Shown here piece by piece: positions 16,593 through 24,000 of a DNA stretch of 24,000 nt; within the stretch, counting starts at the first letter, position 1; each line of letters starts with the position of its first letter. Origin of the DNA: Lactobacillus phage LfeInf. Position numbers and translations under genes: made by a program. The notes beneath the pieces are model-generated. The model saw only the letters and a program-made list of their open reading frames with translations. It made no database searches and was not told where the DNA came from. The DNA lies in sequence record KP054477.1. One strand, 5' to 3'.

Positions 16593-16621
16593 ATATTAAC
16601 ATACTAGAGTTTAGTCGTCAA
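16593..16621 (-). promoter_or_regulatory. Extended -10 promoter of the large RNA
   Basis: TTGACG-N17-TAATAT with TGT before the -10; -35 lies inside the 3' end of gene 16611..17360. Confidence 0.8.
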
Positions 16622-17360
16622 GGATTTCGTGGAACTTTTTTTGTGATCCAAGATAAGTTGGCTTATTTGTCCACATGAAGTAGGCACCAGAATCAGTAGA
16701 GATAACCAAATGCTTGTTATTAATGATAATTCTACCCATGCTAAACTGGAGTGATGGATCATCTTTATGGTCATCTAGAACTTCCAAAGCCGAATTAATG
16801 GTTTCTTCACGCAAAGATAAGGCGTCTTTGAATATGTTAGCCATATGAATCAAACTCTTAATCTTATCCTCAAAAGTGTCCGTAGACTTACAATCTAATG
16901 ATAAAGACCCTTGTAAGTGTGGGCCATCGACTGTTACAAATTCTTTGGTTACACGCAACTTAAAACCCACAAAGTAAAATGTCCGATATTCTTCCCCGTT
17001 TGAGTTCCAATTCTGTTGGGTCAACCCTCGAGTAAGTTGGCTAGATACTTCCTTCAAAAAGTTAATGGAATCATGTAAGGGATTGTAAGTAACAACTTCC
17101 TCACGTTCATCTAGGGGAGTTTCATTAAGCAAAACCGCCTCCTCAAAGATACTAACTGATGTTGAATCAGTTAGCTGATATACTAGCATAGTACCATAAA
17201 TAAGCTTGCTAATTTTAAGTAATGGCCAACCTGTCTTTTGGCTAACTACTTTAACCTCTTGATCATCAACATCGACCTTCCAAGGAGTAGCCTCCTTATC
17301 TGATACTAAAGCCTCATTAGTTAATGAATCAACTGCTTGAATAAATTCTTTATACTTCAT
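16611..17360 (-). CDS. Hypothetical protein (249 aa)
   Basis: Long ORF with promoter upstream. Confidence 0.75.
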   Translation of the reverse strand: MKYKEFIQAVDSLTNEALVSDKEATPWKVDVDDQEVKVVSQKTGWPLLKISKLIYGTMLVYQLTDSTSVSIFEEAVLLNETPLDEREEVVTYNPLHDSINFLKEVSSQLTRGLTQQNWNSNGEEYRTFYFVGFKLRVTKEFVTVDGPHLQGSLSLDCKSTDTFEDKIKSLIHMANIFKDALSLREETINSALEVLDDHKDDPSLQFSMGRIIINNKHLVISTDSGAYFMWTNKPTYLGSQKKFHEILDD

Positions 17361-17398
17361 GTTTGTTTCCTTCTTTCTTTATTCCTTTTGACAACTCT

Positions 17399-17426
17399 AT
17401 AATAACACACCTAAAATTATTGTCAA
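17399..17426 (-). promoter_or_regulatory. Extended -10 promoter
   Basis: TTGACA-N16-TATTAT with TGT before the -10. Confidence 0.8.
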
Positions 17427-17455
17427 CATCTTTTTTAAGTTATTCAATATATAAC

Positions 17456-17506
17456 AAAAGTCCCTAGAATCGTTTATAAAGGCTTTTATTGGTTATTCGA
17501 TTAATT
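17456..17506 (-). repeat. 51-bp terminator-containing repeat, copy 1
   Basis: 45/51 identical to 18181..18231. Confidence 0.8.
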
Positions 17507-17533
17507 AACGTGTACTTTCAGGATATATGCTGT

Positions 17534-18076
17534 TTATTTATATCTGATAAGGGTTGCCCCTTCTTCAATATTAGCCCCTCGATTTAATTGAGTAGCAGTA
17601 ATGACTAGCGTATCTGTTTGTTGGGCTAACTTTACTAGATTCCGAAAAAGTGATTCTCCTGCCTTGGCTTCGTTATCTGAATACTCTTGACGCTTTAACA
17701 GGTCTACATAGTCTAAAACTACCATATCAATTTTAATATCGTTTAATCGTTCTACGGATAGAATCATCTGTTTTAAATCATCAACCTTTAAAGTTAAGGG
17801 AGTAGACTCTTTAAAATAAACATTCCCATAACCGCCAATATTAGCTAAGTTATGGTAATAAGATTGTAACTTGCTAATATATTCTGGGTTAAAATCTTCC
17901 AAAGTAACGTGTAAAATATTATTGCCATCTTGCATTACATAATTATAGATTAGGTTGGTAAGCAAAGTCGACTTACCGCCACCTGGCTTAAAACCAAACA
18001 AAGCTACCTTTCCCAATTCTAGATCATCAATAGTAGCCTTGATCTTGTCAAACTCTGTCATACCTTCTTGCTTCAC
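17534..18076 (-). CDS. DnaB/RecA-fold ATPase, short (180 aa) helicase-like protein
   Basis: Walker A FGFKPGGGKST, Walker B DMVVLDYVDLL, ITATQLNRG; lacks an N-terminal domain and the usual C-terminal core strands. Confidence 0.75.
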   Translation of the reverse strand: MKQEGMTEFDKIKATIDDLELGKVALFGFKPGGGKSTLLTNLIYNYVMQDGNNILHVTLEDFNPEYISKLQSYYHNLANIGGYGNVYFKESTPLTLKVDDLKQMILSVERLNDIKIDMVVLDYVDLLKRQEYSDNEAKAGESLFRNLVKLAQQTDTLVITATQLNRGANIEEGATLIRYK

Positions 18077-18123
18077 TTTGAATTCCTTCTTTCATTTTTT
18101 TCTTTTATGTTTGCTACGACTAT

Positions 18124-18151
18124 ATAATATCACATTTACAACTATTGTCAA
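18124..18151 (-). promoter_or_regulatory. Extended -10 promoter
   Basis: TTGACA-N16-TATTAT with TGA before the -10. Confidence 0.8.
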
Positions 18152-18180
18152 CATTTTTTTTTGGATATTTTTTATAAAGT

Positions 18181-18231
18181 AAAAGCCCTTAGAATCGTTT
18201 CTAATGGCTTTTAATAGTTATTCGATTAATT
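18181..18231 (-). repeat. 51-bp terminator-containing repeat, copy 2
   Basis: AAAAGCC(A)TTAGAA-ACGA-TTCTAA(G)GGCTTTT hairpin plus conserved AATTAATCGAATAAC flank. Confidence 0.8.
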
Positions 18232-18450
18232 GTACATATGCTTGGCTAAAGTGTCTGTATTGTCCTCTAGTGAGCTACTAGGGGTATATTCGTTTTCCTT
18301 GTAAGTTAATGCTACATAGTGACCAGCACCAGCTTTATTAGCATGAGGAAAAGTTTCAACTCGGTAAACAAAGTGAGATTTAATGAAGTTATTCACGTCC
18401 TCGTCCGTATAGTGATCTTCGGGCTTAAACAACTTGATCTTAACAGTCAT
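18226..18450 (-). CDS. Hypothetical protein; start probably MTVKIKLF
   Basis: ORF overlapping the 3' end of the polymerase gene. Confidence 0.6.
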   Translation of the reverse strand: MTVKIKLFKPEDHYTDEDVNNFIKSHFVYRVETFPHANKAGAGHYVALTYKENEYTPSSSLEDNTDTLAKHMYN

Positions 18451-21415
18451 TATCATCACCTACCAAACTATTTTTTAGTTGGTTAAGGTATTCATCATGT
18501 TCCTTAACTAATTGTTCCTTCTTATCTTCATCATCTTCTTTGCCTAAGTCAGTATTAAGTTTATCCTTAGAATACTTAACCTTCTTCGCATAATCATAAT
18601 ACCTGTCCATACCAACCCGTTCAATTAGATCAGTATTGTAGTCAAGTTCTTCTCCGTATACGTGGCCAAATTCAATTTCTGCAAAGAGTGGGAAGCGGAA
18701 CTGTTTATCATTAATCTTGTACTTGTCATCAATTCGTAAATCAGGAAAATCAGCAATGTTAAGAATGAAGGCTGGAATTTCTACCTGTTCCATGATTTCC
18801 TTAACTAATCTAGGAACTACCATTACTTCATCAGGGTGAACGTCTAGCACAATACTATCATGAACCGTTGCAACCAATTCTGACTTATAGCCTCGTAGCA
18901 CTTCTCTAACCTTAATCAAGGCGGTGTTAGTAACGTTAGCCCCGCTACCTTGGACAAGCGCATTGAAGGACTGTCGAAGCGCCCTTGCCTTACTACCATA
19001 GCTACCATACTTTGCGTCAGGGAGACGGCGAACGTGCCCCCGAATAGTTTCAACATATCCACGTTGTTCAACAAAATTGTGTACGGCGTCAATGACCTTA
19101 GATAGGGTCGGCATGGCCCCTAATACCTTTTGCATTGTGTCCTTAGCTTCTTCTAGGCTGGAATGCAATGTTTCAGCTAACCCTTGCTCTGTCTCGCCAT
19201 ACATAAGCCCGAAACCTACTGATTTAGCCTTAAAACGTTGGTCAGCAGTAACCTCATCAAAAGGAACATGGAACGCCTTACTAGCATTAGACTTATGAAT
19301 ATCGGCTCCGTCCATTAACGTCTGCATAAGCCCTAAATCCTTAGTAATCAATCCAGCCACAAAGTATTCTAGGGACTTGTAGTCAATGTTAAAAATATAT
19401 CCATTATCAAACCTAGACACGAATAATGCTTTAACGGGATAATTATAATTAGGGTCATAAACGTTAGAAGTTGGCTTGAGGATATTTTGAATGTTCGGGT
19501 TCTGACTAGCAAGACGGCCAGTCGAGGTTCCTGTAATCTGGAATTTAGTGTGGATAATACTATTGTCATCTAACAAACTACCATAAGAATCAGTAACCCC
19601 ACTCACCATCTTCTTATCCTTAGAGTAAGTAAGTAATAAGTCAGCCAATGGTTCATGATACTTATTCTTTATATATGGTAAAGCAACCTTACGATCAGAC
19701 TTATACATCTTCCAAGTAATCTGATCTTCCTTCCCAGCATAGCGGGAATACTTGTCAGATAGATATTCTTTCTCTGGTGGTAGTTCGTACCCCATCATCT
19801 TATATAAGACATAATTTACATCATCACGACTACCCGGGTTAAATTGATAACCATATAGGCCATTAGTTTTTTTAGAGTATTTAAAGTAGTCCTTAAATTT
19901 CTGTTTCTGTTCTGGGGTTCGATCAGCAGGCTTAATCTGCTTAATCTTTTCCCGCTCCTGAACATAACCCTGACGTTGATGTTCTAGTTCATTGACTTCG
20001 GGGACTGTATCATGAATCTTCTTAGTAATATCTTCTTGTTCTTTTAGGAAGTGGTCGTGATAATTATTTAAATTAGCTCGATCAACCTTAAAGCCAGTGC
20101 TTTGCATAAAGGCTAGAGTTTCTACTAACTTAGGATAATAGTTAAAGACCATATCAAACCATTTTTTGTGTTCTCTAATCTTTGGTAAGAACTGGTGATA
20201 TAGATGTAAGGTAACGTCTGTATCAGCACTAGCATACTTATATAGTAAATCTAAAGGTAGCCATTCAAAGTTAAATTTACCGCCGTCAACTTCGTTTTTA
20301 GGGGGTTCATACTGTGATTTAACAACTCGTTTAATCTCACCCCGAGCTAACTTCTCTTTTTGTTCATTCTCCCAACGATCATGGTGCTTTTGTAAATAAT
20401 CTTCCATAGCCAGATCACGTTCATCTTCATAGCCCCCCATGTCCGTAAAAAGATAGGCAAGGTGCTTTAGACCACGCTGTGCGCCCTTTTCTTCGGTGTA
20501 CATCTCGTAATACATTAGCATGGTATCTAAAACTCTTTGAGCGTGTTTTAGCCCATAAATATCCATTAGCATTTGGAGGTCATAGTTAGCATTGTGCATG
20601 ACTTTCCAATGTGGGGAATCAAAAAAGGATAAAATCCAATTAATGATATAGTCGAACTGTTCTTTTGTCCAAAGGTTAGAATATAACTTGTGTTCAAGGG
20701 GGATTGAAACCCCTTGGTGTTCTTCCCACGACATACTTAGCATGATTGCCTTGGCCCCTGAACGATAGGTTTCTAGGGTATTAGTTTCAAAGTCCATAGC
20801 AATAACGTGCTTATCTGGTAACGAAGAAACATAATCGAAAGTTTGTTTCACCTTATCAAAATCATCTAATAGTTCATAGCTACCAAATTGTGGGAGAGTG
20901 TTGACAAACCCACCCTTTAAGAAACGATTGATAGTCCGATTCTGAATTAGGTATTGGTCATGTTCAATTGGTGATAATTGGTTTAACCGCCGGAGAGAAG
21001 GGCTAAAGGCAAAGTAAGTGGTGAACCCGTCTAAGTCAATCTTAGTCAGCTCATATAACTTCTTTTTCACCCCTGTACGCTTGCATAAAGCGTTAGCGCA
21101 CCAAGACCCAAACACCACTACAATATCAGGTTTATCCTGTTTGATAGTAAAGATAAGTTTAGTTAGATACTTGTTAATGGTATCAGCTTTAGGCTTAGCA
21201 TAGGTATCTTCGTTAATCATGCGAGGAACTTCCTGAATAAAGAAGCCAACGCTTAACTCATGATCTTTCGTATCTAACCCCTTTTGGGGGTGATTAATCA
21301 CTTCGTTCATCAAGATACGGCCTAGCTTAGAACTAGCAACCTGTTGGGTAACTTGATTATTTACCACTTTGAACATATCTTCCTGATATGAATCAATAAT
21401 AATCTTGATCTTCAT
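18440..21415 (-). CDS. Family A DNA polymerase with 3'-5' exonuclease and an extra N-terminal domain
   Basis: Exo motif VIAMDFETNTLE; polymerase motifs YNIDYKSLEYFVAG, RFKAKSVGFGLMYGETEQG, LVATVHDSIVLDV. Confidence 0.95.
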   Translation of the reverse strand: MKIKIIIDSYQEDMFKVVNNQVTQQVASSKLGRILMNEVINHPQKGLDTKDHELSVGFFIQEVPRMINEDTYAKPKADTINKYLTKLIFTIKQDKPDIVVVFGSWCANALCKRTGVKKKLYELTKIDLDGFTTYFAFSPSLRRLNQLSPIEHDQYLIQNRTINRFLKGGFVNTLPQFGSYELLDDFDKVKQTFDYVSSLPDKHVIAMDFETNTLETYRSGAKAIMLSMSWEEHQGVSIPLEHKLYSNLWTKEQFDYIINWILSFFDSPHWKVMHNANYDLQMLMDIYGLKHAQRVLDTMLMYYEMYTEEKGAQRGLKHLAYLFTDMGGYEDERDLAMEDYLQKHHDRWENEQKEKLARGEIKRVVKSQYEPPKNEVDGGKFNFEWLPLDLLYKYASADTDVTLHLYHQFLPKIREHKKWFDMVFNYYPKLVETLAFMQSTGFKVDRANLNNYHDHFLKEQEDITKKIHDTVPEVNELEHQRQGYVQEREKIKQIKPADRTPEQKQKFKDYFKYSKKTNGLYGYQFNPGSRDDVNYVLYKMMGYELPPEKEYLSDKYSRYAGKEDQITWKMYKSDRKVALPYIKNKYHEPLADLLLTYSKDKKMVSGVTDSYGSLLDDNSIIHTKFQITGTSTGRLASQNPNIQNILKPTSNVYDPNYNYPVKALFVSRFDNGYIFNIDYKSLEYFVAGLITKDLGLMQTLMDGADIHKSNASKAFHVPFDEVTADQRFKAKSVGFGLMYGETEQGLAETLHSSLEEAKDTMQKVLGAMPTLSKVIDAVHNFVEQRGYVETIRGHVRRLPDAKYGSYGSKARALRQSFNALVQGSGANVTNTALIKVREVLRGYKSELVATVHDSIVLDVHPDEVMVVPRLVKEIMEQVEIPAFILNIADFPDLRIDDKYKINDKQFRFPLFAEIEFGHVYGEELDYNTDLIERVGMDRYYDYAKKVKYSKDKLNTDLGKEDDEDKKEQLVKEHDEYLNQLKNSLVGDDNDC

Positions 21416-21427
21416 CTTGTTATCTTC

Positions 21428-21565
21428 CTACTTTCTTTTCTTGCTTTTCTTATAGAATTGGTGCCTTAGTTTCATACAAAAGTTTAAGAACCAACGGGAA
21501 CTAATGATTGCGTCCATTACTAACCACAACAACATAATTATGAAAATAACTCTTACAGCTACCAT
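21428..21565 (-). CDS. Small membrane protein (45 aa) missing from the ORF track
   Basis: MVAVRVIFIIMLLWLVMDAIISSRWFLNFCMKLRHQFYKKSKKRK*; AGGGGGTGG ribosome-binding site; promoter 21590..21617 directly upstream. Confidence 0.75.
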   Translation of the reverse strand: MVAVRVIFIIMLLWLVMDAIISSRWFLNFCMKLRHQFYKKSKKRK

Positions 21566-21589
21566 GTTTTTACCACCCCCTTAAACTTA

Positions 21590-21617
21590 ATAGTAACATG
21601 GTCAAGCATTTTGTCAA
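21590..21617 (-). promoter_or_regulatory. Extended -10 promoter for the 45-aa ORF and DNA polymerase
   Basis: TTGACA-N16-TACTAT with TGT before the -10. Confidence 0.8.
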
Positions 21618-21639
21618 TACATTTTTTTAAATTATAATA

Positions 21640-21668
21640 AATAAAAGCAGGATAGTTAATAACTATCC
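21640..21668 (-). terminator. Terminator of the tRNA operon
   Basis: GGATAGTT-ATT-AACTATCC perfect hairpin followed by TGCTTTTATTT. Confidence 0.7.
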
Positions 21669-21773
21669 CACTTAAACAACCTGAACTAATAGCGACTGCA
21701 AAATTTTTACGGGCTAAAAATTATCAAATATCGGTCAGGTTTGCAACGGTTCAACAATATGTTGATGTTGCAA

Positions 21774-21862
21774 CGGAGAATGAGGGATTTGAACCCTCGC
21801 ACCGGTTTCCCGGCCTACACCCTTAGCAGGGGCGCCCCTTCAACCAACTTGGGTAATTCTCC
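21774..21862 (-). tRNA. tRNA-Ser(GCU)
   Basis: Acceptor GGAGAAT/ATTCTCC; anticodon loop CUGCUAA; long variable arm CCGG-GAAA-CCGG; T-arm GAGGG-TTCAAAT-CCCTC. Confidence 0.95.
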
Positions 21863-21937
21863 AAAATGTTGACCCCAAGATCTAGTGGGAATTGAAGTAA
21901 TTAAAAAAGAGAAAGTTTTAATTAAAAGGGTCAACAA

Positions 21938-22010
21938 TGCTAATTACAAGAATCGAACTTGTAACCTCCTGCTTACAAGGCAGGCGCTCTGCCGATTGAG
22001 CTAAATTAGC
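21938..22010 (-). tRNA. tRNA-Thr(UGU)
   Basis: Acceptor GCTAATT/AATTAGC; anticodon loop CUUGUAA; T-arm ACAAG-TTCGATT-CTTGT. Confidence 0.95.
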
Positions 22011-22013
22011 TTA

Positions 22014-22160
22014 ATGCTAACGCTAAGACTTGTCGGAACTTGTTAGCAGTGTCATCTCATTACCAGCGTCCACTCTTGTCAGGGGGTACGCCTTAGCTGG
22101 TGTTGGAGGACAGTTTAGAGAGATTTTATCACCCGTACCCGAGGGCTCTCCCGCCTGATG
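22014..22160 (-). ncRNA. Structured leader/small RNA ahead of the tRNAs with possible pseudoknot
   Basis: Promoter 22167..22195; TCAGG..GGGTACG / CGTACCCCCTGA helix; ACCAGC in its loop complementary to downstream GCTGGT; 3' hairpin TGCTAAC/GTTAGCA. Confidence 0.6.
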
Positions 22161-22166
22161 GTTTAT

Positions 22167-22195
22167 ATATTACCAAATGTGAACTACAATGTCAA
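22167..22195 (-). promoter_or_regulatory. Extended -10 promoter of the structured RNA/tRNA operon
   Basis: TTGACA-N17-TAATAT with TGG before the -10. Confidence 0.85.
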
Positions 22196-22199
22196 CACT

Positions 22200-22721
22200 T
22201 TAGCTTAAATAATTTTGGGGGAATTGGAGATTAGTCCAGTGAGCTTCCACAATATCAGCTAAACGACCCACACCACTCTTTGCGTGATCAAATCTAATTC
22301 GTGATACTGAATTAACGTTTTGATACATCTTCAACACTTCGCTTGGAATCACAAAATCTGGTGAAACAATCAATAGGGAGCGATCAATACTCTTTTGATA
22401 TTCAACCGCACCTTTGAGCTTGCTTGTGGATTCAACACCCTTGACTACCATCTTAGCTACTAAATCAGCAATAGCATTGTAGTCAGTGGTTTGACATTGC
22501 ATACGGAACCCGACCCGAGTTCTACCATAAGGAAACCCACCTGTATCTTCAATTCCGTACAACAGGTTGTTTTCTTTTAGAATTTCTAAAGCATGGCTAT
22601 CTGTCTGGTATTGGTAGATAACTACCAGCCCATTAATTCCTACCCCAAAATCAAGATCAACACCATAAACAGGTTCAGTTAGTTTTTGTTGTAATTGTTC
22701 TAAACGCTTGTTCTTACTCAT
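22200..22721 (-). CDS. Hypothetical protein (173 aa)
   Basis: Complete ORF; family not recognised. Confidence 0.7.
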   Translation of the reverse strand: MSKNKRLEQLQQKLTEPVYGVDLDFGVGINGLVVIYQYQTDSHALEILKENNLLYGIEDTGGFPYGRTRVGFRMQCQTTDYNAIADLVAKMVVKGVESTSKLKGAVEYQKSIDRSLLIVSPDFVIPSEVLKMYQNVNSVSRIRFDHAKSGVGRLADIVEAHWTNLQFPQNYLS

Positions 22722-22739
22722 ATGTTCTTCACCTGCTTG

Positions 22740-23063
22740 TTATAGCCCTTGTCGAATGATTCCTTGTTCTACTACGGCGTGTTCAATAGTCTCATCATTA
22801 ATTTCGCTGATATTAAGAGATTTAATTACTTGCAAAATAATCTCTGTAAATCGTTCATGCGCACATTCAATGCTATTTGATTGTGTCTGTAAATATACCC
22901 CGTGAACATCTAAGCCAATGTGAACTAAGCCAAAGTGGTCGTAGTTTTCAACAGCCATATGTTCTGGGGAGTTAGTGTCCCGTAATACGTTGACAAAGGC
23001 ACTGGTGGTTCTTTCGCTTAAAACTGGGAAATTAGTTCCTAAATTCATTCGGTACCAGTGCAT
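22740..23063 (-). CDS. Hypothetical protein; start probably MHWYRM
   Basis: AAAAGGAG ribosome-binding site with better spacing to the ATG at 23063. Confidence 0.65.
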   Translation of the reverse strand: MHWYRMNLGTNFPVLSERTTSAFVNVLRDTNSPEHMAVENYDHFGLVHIGLDVHGVYLQTQSNSIECAHERFTEIILQVIKSLNISEINDETIEHAVVEQGIIRQGL

Positions 23064-23094
23064 GATCATTGCTCCTTTTCTATTTCATGGTTCC

Positions 23095-23123
23095 AGTTTA
23101 GCATTGGGATTTATCCACGTCAA
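23095..23123 (-). promoter_or_regulatory. Extended -10 promoter
   Basis: TTGACG-N17-TAAACT with TGC before the -10. Confidence 0.6.
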
Positions 23124-23163
23124 GCTAATTCCAAAATTTTTTAAATAAATTTGGGCAAAGCCC

Positions 23164-23191
23164 TTGCCCTTCTAGTTGTTTGTGGTATACT
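23164..23191 (+). promoter_or_regulatory. Extended -10 promoter of the giant plus-strand RNA
   Basis: TTGCCC-N16-TATACT with TGG directly before the -10. Confidence 0.65.
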
Positions 23192-23197
23192 ATAATT

Positions 23198-24000
23198 AAA
23201 TTAAAACCAAGAGATTGGTGAGTATGAGTAGAACGTTCAATACCCGTTGAAATAGCTACGAGTACCCTACTAGGATAAGGGCAAAACCGTGTGTCCTAGT
23301 ATCTTACAGTTAAATATCAATTCACCGTTTGAGTTAAGCCTACTTGATTAGGCAATGGGATAACGAGGTGAACGCCCCCCACAAGGCAAGATCTCATGAG
23401 GCGCGTTACAATTACAGGTTTGGGAACTATAAATCAAGCAAGTTCCAGGTTCTATATCCAAGACTGGACTATCACAACTAATTAGCATATGGCTTACTAA
23501 TTGGTTGCCAGAGAGGAATAAGGGTCTTAAAACCGATTGAGATGGTGTCATGAGCCTAACTATAAAATTCATGCGAAGCTACAAATTAGCCTGATTCATG
23601 GGGGAACCAATTCAAACCTAGGGCCGTAGCTTTAGTATTAGTGAGTGCTACTATAAGGCACGGCTGGTAGGGAAGTTCCCTAATGGCCTTGTAATTGGAG
23701 ATGGTTAGTCTTGATATGCTAATCATCAAGTTACAAGTAACCAAGGGGAGGAGCTGACAGACCAACGCTTGTTGGAATTAGTTAAGCGCAGAAGTAATCA
23801 GTAATGGTGAAGATAATGCTTAGCTAGTTATGGTTAAAGATATTAGCAATAATATCAATAATCAGAAACCGGGACTTCCGGAGGTTTCTAAAAGCTGTTA
23901 GATTGATCCAGTTGAAATACGTTTCATAGTAAAGGTTCCCCTGTGATGTACTATACCCGAACGACCGATATACCAAACTCGGTGTTTCCCAATATTAATC
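23198..24000 (+). ncRNA. Giant structured non-coding RNA (>800 nt, runs off the window), candidate GOLLD/ROOL-type ornate RNA
   Basis: No credible ORF on either strand; dense stems: ACCAA-GAGA-TTGGT, TACTAGGA/TCCTAGTA, GCCTA/TAGGC, GGAAC/GTTCC, CTTGTAA/TTACAAG enclosing GATGGTTAG/CTAATCATC, CCAAC-GCTT-GTTGG, GATATTA-GCAA-TAATATC, GAAACC/GGTTTC. Confidence 0.75.

Noticed and set aside
21721-21775. TTTGCAACGGTTCAACAATATGTTGATGTTGCAA inverted repeat near tRNA-Ser considered as an attachment site or extra ncRNA
   Set aside because: Short and isolated, without integrase nearby; more likely a 3' processing or terminator-adjacent hairpin of the tRNA transcript.
23348-23572. Minus-strand 74-aa ORF inside the giant RNA region
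   Set aside because: No ribosome-binding site, unusual composition, and it overlaps strong plus-strand RNA stems; considered chance.
23198-24000. Possible rRNA, tmRNA or RNase P RNA
   Set aside because: None of the conserved cores I know for these RNAs is visible; a covariance search would settle this.
1-24000. CRISPR array, transposase or integrase
   Set aside because: No regularly spaced direct repeats and no transposase or integrase motifs in any provided ORF.

Overview
The window is a segment of a virulent, Herelleviridae/SPO1-like contractile-tailed phage genome of a Lactobacillaceae host (assignment inferred from protein motifs). Nearly all genes are on the minus strand. Supported genes: tail sheath, tail tube-like protein, neck/connector-like protein, NlpC/P60-domain tail lysin, baseplate-like protein, UvsW-like SF2 helicase, SbcD/Mre11-like nuclease subunit, truncated-looking DnaB-like ATPase, family A DNA polymerase, tRNA-Ser(GCU), tRNA-Thr(UGU), and a lone plus-strand CorA-like membrane protein. 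Minus-strand promoters share the architecture TTGACR-N16/17-TGn-TANNNT. The most interesting content is non-coding. (1) A ~570-nt structured RNA unit on the minus strand (~16018-16586) has its own extended -10 promoter and terminator. (2) A >800-nt, ORF-poor, stem-rich region on the plus strand (~23198 to the window end) starts at an extended -10 promoter. (3) A ~145-nt, possibly pseudoknotted RNA precedes the two tRNAs. (4) A ~145-nt orphan transcript sits between twin terminators downstream of the sheath gene. Units 1 and 2 resemble, in size, setting and complexity, the ornate large phage RNA classes GOLLD and ROOL. That identity is inference and needs covariance-model testing. I also found two small ORFs missing from the supplied track (2175..2342 and 21428..21565), corrected several start codons, and noted paralogous gene families and duplicated intergenic cassettes.
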